Source: Haliotis rufescens (Eukaryota). From it: a DNA stretch of 64,000 nucleotides. Below the pieces are notes generated by a model. It did not search any database and was not told the DNA's origin. It was given only the letters and a program-made list of their open reading frames with translations. Made by a program: the position numbers and the translations under genes. Shown piece after piece: positions 46,318-59,820 of the stretch (position 1 is the first letter of the stretch; every line of letters begins with the position of its first letter). The stretch is from contig NW_025963779.1 in the NCBI RefSeq assembly GCF_023055435.1, forward strand, positions 89,838,001 to 89,902,000. The letters are read 5' to 3'.

Positions 46318-47919
46318 GCACATCAACTGTCAGTGCCATGTTGTGGATGTTGAATAAGTAAGGCAGGTGTGTCGGTGGGTTTGTCGTTGTATACGCCGTG
46401 TGATCAGCTATACATATATTTCTCGTTATATATATAGTTGTCTATTCGTTCCTGTCTCCATGCCCCACGCGCCCTAAATAAAGTCGGCGCGATAAAAGCT
46501 TACGCCGTTTATAAAAGAAGACATTCATTGTACAAAAACATTATGTTGAAAGGTTCAATGTCAATGTCTCTAGGTAAATGGATAAAACCTATTCGCCCTC
46601 AGCTATTACTTCATGTTCAGACACTTGGTTTCTAATTCCGAGGGTATAAAATCCATCACCATGAAATTGACCTGATCAAAGTTAATGTAACCGATATATT
46701 TTGCCACACCAATGAGACACAAGATTCTATTAGGTCTGTAATGAGGATCATCGCTAAGTTGGCATGTCGTCGCGCGGTACACGATTTGCCTCGATTGCCA
46801 GAAGGTGTATTTTATCATATTGTTTTTCGATCATTTGTTTTTAAACAAAAGCAAACCATTTATTTCGTTGACTAAATAGCACGAGGAATTCCGGTGTAGA
46901 ATGATACGGTGTATGTTATATGACGCTGTCGGTAGGTGTGATGGCAAATTAACAAAGTCTATAACAGTCCTCGCGATCGAGATAAAACATCAGATTGATA
47001 GATTACCTCCGTTTTGAGGCATTTTTTGTACAATGACGTCAACTATTCGTTTAAAAACACAACAACCATTTACCATCCAAACCTGGCGCCAACAGGAGAT
47101 ACCGCTTGTGTTACCAAATTGGTTACCATGGCGTCACAATCAAATGACATCACTAATGGCTCTGCTACTGAAGCTGTTAGCAGTACTTTTTGCAAAGTTG
47201 GAAGAATGATGTTGGATGATAAATAAAATCTCACCCTCGTGCCTTTTGACATCAAATATATCAACAAGTGTTGATATGTTTGATAAAATGACACTCGTGA
47301 GAGATTCTCTATATATTATACAACAACTGAAGGAGAACAGTTCTTTTTCTTTCCAATATTAACGTCGACATTCTACTGCCAGGACTTGTGGGTGTGTACC
47401 AGATACGTTGGTGTCATTGTCCAAAGCCAACGGTGCTTCGATGCAAACTGAGTGTCATCTTCAAGGTATCGTTTGCAAAGTGTTGCCGAATTATATATAT
47501 GTCGTATCTAAAAATACGATATTCTTTGTAAGTTTTTAATAATCTGGAATAGCAAGTAGAAGGTGGCAGAGTCGTCCGAGGCGTCGTAAGTCGCTGTGCA
47601 AATTTGATCCCTTTTGGTGCCAGAAACCCGTAAGTTGGTTTTGAATCCAAGTTAGTGTAGATTATGTTTCTAGGTTTGTCAGCACCACATGCGTGTTCGT
47701 GGGTTTCACCAAAGCGTTTAGACGTCCTGACGCGTCGTGTTATATGTGAAATTCTTTCTAAGCGGCGCACTAACTTCTGTTAAACTTCACCGCTTTTCAA
47801 CCATACTGTCTTCCGGTTCTGGGCCTGAGAACAACCAATACTTTATACATGATTAAATGAATGTATGTGCACACTGATTATGTAATATTTTCCGGTTGTG
47901 TCAGAATAATTGTGTGAAT

Positions 47920-48448
47920 GAATACACAATGCCATTTAGAAAGTGGTTTCTCGTACTTTTTTGGGTTGAGTCCCGTCCGAGATTCGAACCCACACTTGCC
48001 AGAGTGGGGCACCTAATCGCCAGAACACAAAGTCAGCGATCTTACCCACTCAGCCACCGAGGCTTCCACAAAATTGAAAGTCCGACAACTGCTAGTCTAG
48101 ATCACGTACTTTGAGTACCCCTCTGACAAGTGTAAATTGGCACGGATCCCATGGCCGAAAGCTATGAATACACAATGTCATTTAGAAAGTGGTCAAATGT
48201 AACAAATGTAATATTTGGGATAGCACTTTTTTAGAAAAGTACAGATTTTCATACTTTTTTGGGTTGAGTCCAGTCCGAGATTCGAACCCACACTTGCCAG
48301 AGTGGGGCACCTAATCGACATCACACAAAGTCAGCGACCTAGCCCACTCAGCCACCGAGGCTTCCACAAAAATTGAAAGTCCGACAACTGGTAGTCTAGA
48401 TCACGTACTTTGAGTACCCCTCTGACCTTTCTGAATGGCATTGTGTCC
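47920..48448 (-). repeat. Tandem duplicate of a tRNA-like unit bounded by inverted repeats
   Basis: two ~250-300-bp copies with TGGCTGAGTGG and GGTTCGAATC on the minus strand; ACACAATGCCATTTAGAAAG ... CTTTCTGAATGGCATTGTGT. Confidence 0.7.
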
Positions 48449-49139
48449 TAACCTCAACATAAAAAATAACCAGTCTCGATTATCCTACGCAACAGATTCC
48501 ATTGGGCGTAAAAGTAAAAACAGCAGCGTAATTTATAGGCATTGATCACTGTAACTCAGTTCTGACGCCAGGTGTTCGCGAAAACACGCAGGCATTACAT
48601 ATACACAGCCATACCCCTCTGGCGCATACGTCCCAGACGCCCTGATCATATTCGCTCTATTACACGACAACCTCCACTGTAAGCTAAACTGATACGGAAT
48701 GAACACGGCACTAGAGTAGAAGTGGTAATTTTGTTGCGAGGCGGATTTCGAAATTAAAATAGCTTCGAAATACAATTTCCTGCAATTTTTTTGTAATAAA
48801 AATAACACTTGTCAACAGTTAAGATAATCAACGCGTGGGAGGATGCAACTTATCAAGAGGAAGATGCCACTCTTCTCGTGTATCCTAATGTTCTCATCAC
48901 GCAGTATTTCGGCGAATGCTTTCCATGAATGCGGCGACACAGCGGCCATTTTTCAGAGATGTTATTCCAATTGTCAGCAAATTATATTAATATACACCAG
49001 ATAAGGTTTTCAATCATAGAAGGCAATGCAATGCATGGGCTCAGGCGTGAGGCAGCATCAGTACATAGTATGAGTGTTACTGTGGTCAGCACGGCTTTCT
49101 GTCGGATCTGCTGTAATATAAACCCACAATGAGAGGCCA

Positions 49140-49340
49140 TGTTGTTGTTTGTTTGTTGTATTATGCCGCACTCAGCAATATTCCAGCTATATGACGGCGG
49201 TCTGTAAATAATCGAGTCTGGACCAGACAATCCAGTGATTGACATCATGAACAATCCACGCAATTGGGACCGATGACATGCATCAACCAAGTCAGCGAGC
49301 TTGACCACCTGATCTCGTTAGTCCCCTTTTACAAGCACGA
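49140..49340 (-). mobile_element. SINE-like family C
   Basis: reverse complement of family C body and tail. Confidence 0.78.
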
Positions 49341-49379
49341 CATGTATGCAGTTAGGATTTTGCAGGGGTTTTCTGGGAA

Positions 49380-51600
49380 GATGGCTGCCAACTTTGAAAA
49401 AGTAAACAACCACTACCGAAAATGTATCCATGAAACGTTTCTAGCCATGTGTGGCGAATGTTGAAACAAATCTGGCCCTGTTGATCCAAGCTCTGGAAAG
49501 CTTACGATGCAGCGAGAGTTGTTTGAAGAAGTGAAATCTGTAAAACTGAACGTCAGGGAAAAGAGAACTGAGACCATGAGTATGAATGACGCTTTAAAGG
49601 CAATCAGGTCACATATATAGACTTTGGCGTTATACGACTTGACATGGATGAAGTTGCAGCAAGGTCAGAAGAAAGACCACGTGACGAAATAGAGTTGATG
49701 AAACTTGAGGATAGTCTGAAAGACACTAAAGATAAAACTGACAAATATTTGAACAATATAGCAGGAGGAAAAAAGTGGTTATCTCCGGTTTGTCCGAGAA
49801 TGTGTACGACAGTATAGCAGAACGCAAGCGAATTGATTGTGCAAGTTTGAACAGAAACGCAAAAGCAGACGACGCACTTTAACCATGGACTTATTAGCCA
49901 CAGCACACAGAATTGGAAAACCTATGATCGTCGGATTTATTTATGGTGAGGACAAAGTGTGGCCTTTGGGCCCGAGAGACCAACTAAGGAAGGGCTCAAT
50001 TGGAATCGGTAATGATCAGCGCTATGCTTTGAGACAACTTACAGAAAATAGAAAGCATCGATACTTCATGAACGGGAAACTCATAATAGAAGACGGCCAG
50101 TACCAGCCAGATTCTAGGCTCAATAATGAGACTGATCGTGGCATTCTTCGTCAATCATTGAACAGAACCAGCGAAGAAATCAACAACCAAAGAATTCTAC
50201 GACCCCGAGCAAGCAAGACCGCCAGTTAACATAACAGAATAGGAAGAAACAAAGGTGTCGCCGAGCCCAAGATAGTCAGCGAAGACAATCGCACTTCAAC
50301 GTTTTATGTTTGGGTGTAAGTGGATTGACTACCAAATAATCTGACAATGCCTTCAGTTTAGATCGTAAAAACTTTGATGTCGTCTGTGTTTTTGAGACTT
50401 GGAGTCAGGAGTTGGTTCTTGATTTTACGTTTAATGATTTTGTGACTTTTGCTATCGATGCAGCAAGAATAGCCAGATATGGTTGTTTGTCGGGAGGCAT
50501 AACCTTTTCTTATCCGAAAATCTTTTTATGACGATATCAATTATTTACATCTTGGTAACATTTAAACTTGAAAAGTGTTTATCTGATTGTGTGAAAGATA
50601 TACTGATTTCTCTGTTTATGTTAAACAAGAACCATTAGAAAAGTCATTGTGAGCAAAGAGTGGATATACATTACTCCAAGATGGTTTCTTGGCTGTCCTG
50701 ATAGATGTTTGGAATGTCGAAGGTCTCCTCGGTGGAGATTTCAACACCTGCCATGGAGTAGACGTAGGCTATGCCAGTATTCAGTCTTTCAGCTGACAGA
50801 TCACCCCCAAATGTTCACATTGTACAGTTGATAAATGAACCAAATGATTTGGAACTATGCGGCCCTATCTCCTTGTCACAATATCTAGAATTTGATTGGA
50901 CATGGACATAATACATTCTGGTTTTATGCCAGGTATGAGTTTTCGGACATAGAATCACTAAAAAACTACTTTCCAGCACAGGGGCTTTATGAAATCAACA
51001 ACAATGTTAGAAAAGCACCTACTTGAGAAGAAAATGCAAAAACATCCTTTTTGGTAAAATCAGGACAAAAGAAAATCTGGTTCTCAGGCGACTTTATTAA
51101 ATTTACATTTGACCTAATACATAGTCCTAAATCTCAGAATGTGTTTAAACATTATGGAATATCTTTAAAATTGCAAACTATTTACAAATGTGTAAAAGCC
51201 AGTGTCAGGGCAAATAATAGTACTTTCCATACTTTTAAATGTCCTCATGATCAGTGACTAAGACATTTTTGAGTCCTTTATTATTCCCTTTTTAAGGAAT
51301 AAGCAATTGAAGTAGAGTCCTAGTTCCAACTTGAACTTGTGCAGTTGTTTTTATTGTTATTTGCAGACGAAGTAATCTTGATTTATGACGCAGTTTATGG
51401 GCTACAAACACGTATTAACACGTCTTGTGATAATTCGCATTCGTTAGGTTATTTGGTCATGAGAAAGTCATTACTTTTTAGAATAGGGAATTCTATCTAA
51501 GCGTGAGAGATCAACATTTGATGGACAGCTGCTTTTTGCGTACCTTCATATAAATACTTAGGATTTACTAAATCCGTATATTGGTCAAAATATGGTCAAA
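49380..51600 (+). mobile_element. Heavily degraded CR1/L2-type LINE (ORF1 + APE + RT remnants)
   Basis: AHRIGK..PMIVGF (ORF1-like), FDVVCVFETW and LLGGDFN (endonuclease), LLLFADEVILI..GLQ and YKYLG (RT) in the expected order, with many stops and frameshifts. Confidence 0.75.
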
Positions 51601-52604
51601 AGAGGCTTAACCCTTTTCATATTTGCAAGAAATCTCTGACAAAAATTTATCTCATAAGCATGTGTTTATGAATCACTATCAAATAGTGATGACACCAGGT
51701 GTTCGCGAAAAGGTGATCCTGACACACCGGTGGCACCTGTCACAACACATACAAAGGCAAGTCAATTGTTCACCTGAAAAACACGTGTCCACCAACATTA
51801 CATAAGCATGTCCAACTTTCTGTTCTGTATAGATACCGTGATACGTTCGTTCAATCTCTGACTGGGCGCATGATCCATCGATAGATTTCACGAGATAGTC
51901 ACACGTATGGCAAGAGTACACGCTATGCTATCTCTAACGACCAGAACGTTTTTAATGCTTTACTTTACGAAGGACATGATTCAGGGTTTTCCCTATATAA
52001 TTCATTACATTCGTGACAGTGGCCTTGGTTAATAAGCGGCCACTTGTCCCTCCCCTTGATCCACACATAGCTATATCCACATTCGTTACCTGCTGTCGGA
52101 ACATACTCCTTCAGGGCTATGAGATGTGTGTAGAATCAGCGGATGCCTCCTTCAATAGTTATAATTGGGGTACCTATAACCAAGTGATATAAGTGATTAC
52201 TGCTGACATGTGTTATATTGACTCGCGAGATTGGTGCGGCTTGAGCTTTCTTGTGAAGGTATTGAAAAGTATTTTCTGTGACAAGTTTATTTATGGCTAA
52301 AGTGGGCGATGCTGTCAGGAAATAGATCGACTTGACTCGTTTATTGAGTTTGTAAAATATTACCACTGAACCTTCAGAGAGTTGATTATGACGTCATTAT
52401 TATAACCGATTCACGCGTATGACGTAGGTACCTTCCAAACTACATCAATCTAATTTGCGCATGCACGGAACCAATATTATCCCCGGAGACAGCATGCGCA
52501 CCGATACTATCCAAGATATGGGAGCTGAAAATATGACCCAAGTAGTCCCCGAAACGGTCTGCCATGACGCCTGATATAACGTAGAATGGTGCGAGGGCTG
52601 CATG

Positions 52605-52797
52605 CATGTGCTTGTCCTAAGAGGCGACTAACGGAATCGGGTGGTCAGGCTCGCTGACTTGGCTGATGCATGTCATCGTATCCCAGTTTTGTGGATCGAT
52701 GCTCATGATGTCCATCACTGGATTGTCTGGTCCAGAATCGATAATTTACAGACCGCCTTCATATGGCTGGAATATTCCTGACTGCGGCGTTAAACAA
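52605..52797 (+). mobile_element. SINE-like family C, directly upstream of the 39-bp minisatellite
   Basis: family C body and tail. Confidence 0.78.
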
Positions 52798-55757
52798 AGT
52801 GTATGGACTGTCATAGAACATGATACAATCCTGGATGGTATATGGGCTGTCATAGAACATTATGCAATCCTGGATGGTGTATGGGCTGTCATAGAACATG
52901 ATACAATCCTGGATGTGTAGGGGCTGTCATAGAACATGATACAATCCTGGATGTGAAGGGGCTGTCATAGAACATGATACAATCCTGGATGTGTAGGGGC
53001 TGTCATAGAACATGATACAATCCTGGGTGTGTAGGGTCTATCATAGAACATGATACAATCCTGGATGGTGTATGGGCTGTCATAGAACATGATACAATTC
53101 TGGATGGTGCAGGGGCTGTCATAGAACATGATACAATTCTGGATGGTGCAGGGGCTGTCATAGAACATTATGCAATCCTGGATGGTGTATGGGCTGTCAT
53201 AGAACATGATACAATCCTGGATGAGTAGGGGCTGTCATAGAACATGATACTATCCTGGATGTGTAGGGTCTATCATAGAACATGATACAATCATGGATGG
53301 TATATGGGCTGTCATAGAACATGATACAATTCTGGATGGTGCAGGGGCTGTCATAGAACATGATACAATTCTGGATGGTGTAGGGGCTGTCATAGAACAT
53401 GATACAATTCTGGATGGTGTAGGGGCTGTCAAAGAACATGATACAATCCTGGATGTGTAGGGGCTGTCATAGAACATGATACAATCCTGGATGTGTAGGG
53501 TCTATCATAGAACATGATACAATCCTGGATGGTGTATGGGCTGTCATAGAACATGATACAATTCTGGATGGTGCAGGGGCTGTCATAGAATATGATACAA
53601 TTCTGGATGGTGTAGGGGCTGTCATAGATTATGATACAATCCTGGGTGGTGCAGGGGCTGTCATAGAACATTATACAATTCTGGATGGTGTATGGGCTGT
53701 CATAGAACATGATACAATTCTGGGTGGTGTAGGGGCTGTCATAGAACATGATACAATTCTGGATGGTGTAGGGGCAGTTATAGAACATGATACAACTCTG
53801 GATGTGTAGGGTCTATCATAGAACATGATACAACTCTGGATGTGTAGGGTCTATCATAGAACATGATACAATCCTGGATGGTGTAGGGGCAGTTATAGAA
53901 CATGATACAACTCTGGATGTGTAGGGTCTATCATAGAACATGATACAATCCTGGATGGTGTATGGGCTGTCATAGAACATGATGCAATCCTGGATGTGTA
54001 GGGGCTGTCATAGAACATGATACAATCCTGGATGGTATATGGGCTGTCATAGAACATGATACAATCCTGGATGAGTAGGGGCTGTCATAGAACATGCTAC
54101 AATTCTGGATGGTGCAGGGGCTGTCATAGAACATGATACAATTCTGGGTGGTATATGAGCTGTCATAGAACATGATACAATCCTGGATGGTGTATGGGCT
54201 GGCATAGAACATGATACAATCATGGATGTGTAGGGTCTATCATAGAACATGATACAATCCTGGATGGTGTATGGGCTGTCATAGAACATTATACAATCCT
54301 GGATGGTATATGGGCTGTCATAGAACATTATACAATTCTGGATGGTATATGGGCTGTCATAGAACATGATACAATTCTGGATGGTGCAGGGGCTGTCATA
54401 GAACATGATACAATTCTGGATGGTGTAGGGGCTGTCATAGAACATGATACAATTCTGGATGGTGTAGGGGCTGTCAAAGAACATGATACAATCCTGGATG
54501 TGTAGGGGCTGTCATAGAACATGATACAATCCTGGATGTGTAGGGTCTATCATAGAACATGATACAATCCTGGATGGTGTATGGGCTGTCATAGAACATG
54601 ATACAATTCTGGATGGTGCAGGGGCTGTCATAGAATATGATACAATTCTGGATGGTGTAGGGGCTGTCATAGATTATGATACAATCCTGGGTGGTGCAGG
54701 GGCTGTCATAGAACATTATACAATTCTGGATGGTGTATGGGCTGTCATAGAACATGATACAATTCTGGGTGGTGTAGGGGCTGTCATAGAACATGATACA
54801 ATTCTGGATGGTGTAGGGGCAGTTATAGAACATGATACAACTCTGGATGTGTAGGGTCTATCATAGAACATGATACAACTCTGGATGTGTAGGGTCTATC
54901 ATAGAACATGATACAATCCTGGATGGTGTAGGGGCAGTTATAGAACATGATACAACTCTGGATGTGTAGGGTCTATCATAGAACATGATACAATCCTGGA
55001 TGGTGTATGGGCTGTCATAGAACATGATGCAATCCTGGATGTGTAGGGGCTGTCATAGAACATGATACAATCCTGGATGGTATATGGGCTGTCATAGAAC
55101 ATGATACAATCCTGGATGAGTAGGGGCTGTCATAGAACATGCTACAATTCTGGATGGTGCAGGGGCTGTCATAGAACATGATACAATTCTGGGTGGTATA
55201 TGAGCTGTCATAGAACATGATACAATCCTGGATGGTGTATGGGCTGGCATAGAACATGATACAATCATGGATGTGTAGGGTCTATCATAGAACATGATAC
55301 AATCCTGGATGGTGTATGGGCTGTCATAGAACATTATACAATCCTGGATGGTATATGGGCTGTCATAGAACATTATACAATTCTGGATGGTATATGGGCT
55401 GTCATAGAACATTATACAATTCTGGATGGTATATGGGCTGTCATAGAACATGATACAATTCTGGATGGTGTAGGGGTTGTCATAGAACATGATACAATTC
55501 TGGATGGTTTAGGGGTTGTCATAGAACATGATACAATTCTGGGTGGTGTAGGGGCTGTCATAGAACATGATACAATTCTGGATGGTGTAGGGGCTGTCAT
55601 AGAACATGATACAATCCTGGATGGTATATGGGCTGTCATAGAACATGATACAATCCTGGATGGTATATGGGCTGTCATAGAACATGATACAATCCTTGGT
55701 GGTGCAGGGGCTGTCATAGAACATGATACAATCCTGGGTGGTGCAGGGTCTGCCATG
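52798..55757. repeat. 39/37-bp minisatellite, ~77 copies, with a ~1045-bp higher-order duplication
   Basis: GGATGGTGTAGGGGCTGTCATAGAACATGATACAATCCT; identical ORFs recur 1045 bp apart (53429/54474, 53970/55015). Confidence 0.96.
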
Positions 55758-56104
55758 ACACTCAATGAACAACACACTGTTTAGGAATGATTCTTTTGGT
55801 GTCAAAGGAGTTGAGCAATTCAGCAATATCCTGCCGTCGTTACTACTGTGCAGGATAACCACTCGTGGTAAATAATATTGCATTCCCTTATTCGAGGTAA
55901 TGACTGTCAAAATAGGATCAGCTCGGCTATTGATAACAACATTGACTGAATTTGCAATAAACAAAAGTATTGTGAAATTAGTGTGTGTGACAATGAATCA
56001 TCAACACTTGACGTCCGTTGTTGATTCCAATCTACCTTTGACATTCCTTTGTACCAGAGTGATGACATGTACAATGATGCCATGTCTCACATACAACTGC
56101 CAAC

Positions 56105-56231
56105 CGCCGAAGACCCGGGTTCGATTCCCGACATGGGTACAATGTGTGAAGCCCATTTCTGGTGTCCCCCGCCGTGATATTGCTGGAATATTGCTAAAAG
56201 CGGCGTAAAACTCACTCATTCACTCACTCAC
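56105..56231 (+). mobile_element. SINE family A, 5'-truncated, with target-site duplication
   Basis: flanked by TCTCAC(A)TACAACTGCCAACC direct repeats; box B and (TCAC)n tail. Confidence 0.88.
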
Positions 56232-56573
56232 TATCTCACTACAACTGCCAACCTTTTATTAAAAGTTCGATGAGATTATCAAATGTCTGGATTCAATTGA
56301 GTCCTGTCCAGTAGACCAGTACATAGACTTTGACATTCCTTCCCCTGTACGTTATGCCATGAATTACCGTGTGCATTAACGTTACTCTTGGTTTATGAAT
56401 CATCAAAATAAAGACATGTGTTTTTTTTATCTTACTGGAGCTAGGTAACCATTGACGTATGATAGGCATCCTTTTACAATCTGTTTGTGTAATTTAGAAC
56501 TAAACCTGGCATGTATTCAAAACCATCAACAGTGAATGTATTGGGTTTAACGCCTCTGGATCAGTCGTTGTTT

Positions 56574-56733
56574 GAGCGGTCGGTCGGGTAGCCTTGTGTT
56601 TAAAGCGTACGCTCTTCGCGCCGAAGACCCGGGTTTGATTCCCGACATGGGTACAATGTGTGAAACCCATTACTGGTGTCCCCCGCCGTGATATTGCTGG
56701 AATATTGCTAAAAACCTCACTCACTCACTCACT
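56574..56733 (+). mobile_element. SINE family A
   Basis: tRNA-like head, shared tail, GTTGTTTGA direct repeats. Confidence 0.85.
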
Positions 56734-58658
56734 TGTTGTTTGAGCTGGATGACATGAATAACTTGCGAGCACGAGTATGGTGCTGACAAACCAAGAAACA
56801 TAATCAGGGCGAAACCGTTAGGACACAAGTGAATGTATTAGTGGTTAGTGATATAAATAGGTAGATTGACTATTGAAAACGTCTGTATTATTGCTATAGC
56901 ATTGTAATGATTAAAACACAGTTGTGATAAACGCGATGGGACTATTGCAATAGTTTATTTGTGCCACACGACAGGCAGGATACGCCCACCGTTTCACATG
57001 GTGTCATCACTATTTGATAGTGATTCACAAACACATGCTTATGTTACAGTTATATGGACGCTTATGATTATAAAAAAGGGTTAATTAGTTTTAGAAAATA
57101 ATCTTCCCATAACACAGATTCTCGGTCTCTATTCGACATTATCTGAACGATTGACACATGTCTCTTCAAACAAGATGTATGGTTCGAAACGAATGAAGTA
57201 AAGTTAAATATTTACCTACATATTCACGGTATTACGTCTATCAATATAATATACTATACACGTAGATACATATGTGATTGTTATGTCACAGTTCTGAAAC
57301 TGTGACTGGAAACTGTAACGTCATTACATTGTGTTAATCGTGGGGCTGGTCAAGAAGTTGTGTAAATAAGTTTATTGGAATGTTCATAGTAAACTTATGC
57401 TTTGGGCAAGGTAACAAATTAGAGCTGTGTGGTCATTTCCGGGTTGCTTTCCCGAGAAGAAATTACAAGATATTATTATGTGCCAAGCAGCAGGACGTCG
57501 TGAGAATATGTTAATGTCATCACACGTCTTAGTTTGCTTTTGGCAACGGTTTAACATTTGTTTCACAACGTATACATGATTTGCTGAAAACACGGGAGTT
57601 TGGTGTAGTGAAACTTGGACATTCGAGTAAATTTCAGAAGTGCAACCCACATGCGATCTCTGTCGACGTCAGTATATTTTGCCGCTCATGCTGTGTGGCT
57701 GCAAGAACCCCCACATTCCTGACAGAATTTGCGTGACATGTGCCATACTTTGTGATACACAATGATTAGGATCCACGATAGTACAAAGCCTGTTTCAGTG
57801 GTCTGATGGTAAGAAGAACGGCTAACATTGGCTCAGGTCGTAGAAACCAGGGAGAGTGAGGATGTTGCTAACACACCTTGAGACCATACACGTGTAAATG
57901 TACATTAACTAGACGGTACGAGTTAGTAGTATCCCAGAGGTACAGTGTAGCTTCCTTTCTCATCGCCACAGTAAAACGTCTACACTTCTTACGATGACTG
58001 TTTTGCCCGTCCCGGAGCACGCAGCAAGCATAAGTAATAAAATACAGATTCTATCAAGATATTCACAGACATTTGCAACATGAATGAATCATCTTTCTTT
58101 AGAACATCAGGTATGATGTGTTAATGACCAACATCTACTTCATACAGTGATTCATTGCGAACTGCCGTGTTTGCTGAATGATGCCTATACCAACACAAGG
58201 CCATACGTCAAAACGATTGATCGTATAGTCCATGACCAGCCTTTTAAGGCTGAGTCATTTGTCTTTCATGTCAAGGAGAACGCCTTATTTTGCCACGAGA
58301 CCATTGTATGGCAATGACATCGTGAGGTTTTCAAGAACGAATTGCTGTACACTGTGTCTCTCGTGAGAACGTCCAAGGTTACATAAGTACATACATTAAC
58401 ACATATTTTCGAATCACGTGGACACGTGTTCACCAAGTTTCTACTATATTACCGGATACTGGCAGTTAGTTTGAAGGTAAAAATCACAAAAGATAAAACT
58501 AAGTTAAGGTACGCCATCGAAAACTGACTTGACTAGTTAGTTTGCTCCCCGTCATATTCTGACATCATTCTTGAACATCTGTATTGTTGAACTTGGACCA
58601 AATGCATTAGTTGTCCCCACACATTTACTGACATGGTAGATGACCATCCTGAAGAATG

Positions 58659-58730
58659 TGAGTGAGTGAGTGAGTGAGTGAGTGAGTCAGTGAGTGAGTC
58701 AGTGAGTCAGTGAGCCAGTCAGTCAGAGAC
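58659..58730. repeat. (GAGT)n/(CAGT)n microsatellite
   Basis: direct reading. Confidence 0.9.
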
Positions 58731-58859
58731 TCAGTGATCATAATTAGCACGAATATGGGCTATTACGTATTATAGATGAAACAATATGATTTAAGAATAT
58801 AAATATGAACAACATATTGCATTAATGTTGATGTAAAAATGCTCATGATACAGTCGGAT

Positions 58860-59820
58860 GCGTTCAACGGACACTGGTTTTAGCAAAGATTTTTGGAATC
58901 CAAAGTTTCATAAAAGAGAGATATTGCTGGGTCCACCACAGGTACCACCTATTCCCTGTCTGGTAGATTAACCCTAACCCTGAATACAATCAAGGAAGTT
59001 CTTTCTATCTATTCACAGAAAGTATCTGAGACGAGTAGAATTTATTAATACCAATTGGATTCTCAAAAAAATCAAAGTATTTGTTTGAAGTTTCGCAATC
59101 TCAGAAATAAACTAACTTTAATTCTGTCCAATCATTTGGTTTTTAACTTTGTACAAAACTATCCAACATAACAAACTTGAGGAAAAACGTCCTCTGTTGA
59201 TCCATGGGTTATTTGTTATAGAAAGGCTTTTGTCGTATTTCCTATAGATAAACGGTAGATAGAGTTACAAACCTATCTTCAGAGATTCAGAACAATTTGT
59301 CAGAAATGAAAACAATACTATCTATGTGAAATTTTGGGGTGTGATATATAGACAAGAAGTAGGCATCCCCAGGGACACATGTGTACTCCCCTTGATTATG
59401 TATACTTCTGCTCAGATTGGCATAGTCAAAACAAGGGAATTTGGCCAAGAAGTTAAACCTCAGTTAAACCACAGATACATCGATGATCTGATATCGTTCA
59501 ATAACGGCTAAATAGCCAATTCCGTTCAAGTGGAACGACTTTCCAATTGTCAACTTTTTGTCGAGTAATATTCCAGCAGCTCCAGCCGTAGGTGTCTACA
59601 TTTCACGTACAATCGCGCATGCTCTTTCTACGAACACGTCAAAGAATGTCACACGGCTCTTGCTCAAAAGTTATTTGATATTTGATCAAGGTTACAAAAT
59701 TCAAAGTCTCAGTTAAGATTTCAATTGAAATGGTTTTAAGGTAGACATGTGAAGGACATTTCGAAACTTAGTGACGCATTACTGACCAATATGTTGTTCG
59801 ATGCAATTCCCTATTTTGAT
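58860..59820 (+). mobile_element. Degraded Penelope-like reverse transcriptase remnant
   Basis: IYRQEVGIP, HRYIDDLISFNN, FPIVNF..SNIPAAPA.GVYIS motifs; frameshifted. Confidence 0.72.

Noticed and set aside
49837-50229. 130-aa ORF as a host gene
   Set aside because: Lies in order with endonuclease and RT remnants; best explained as decayed LINE ORF1
52965-55777. Repetitive MFYDSPYTIQNCI ORFs
   Set aside because: Frames of the 39/37-bp minisatellite, broken by 37-bp units
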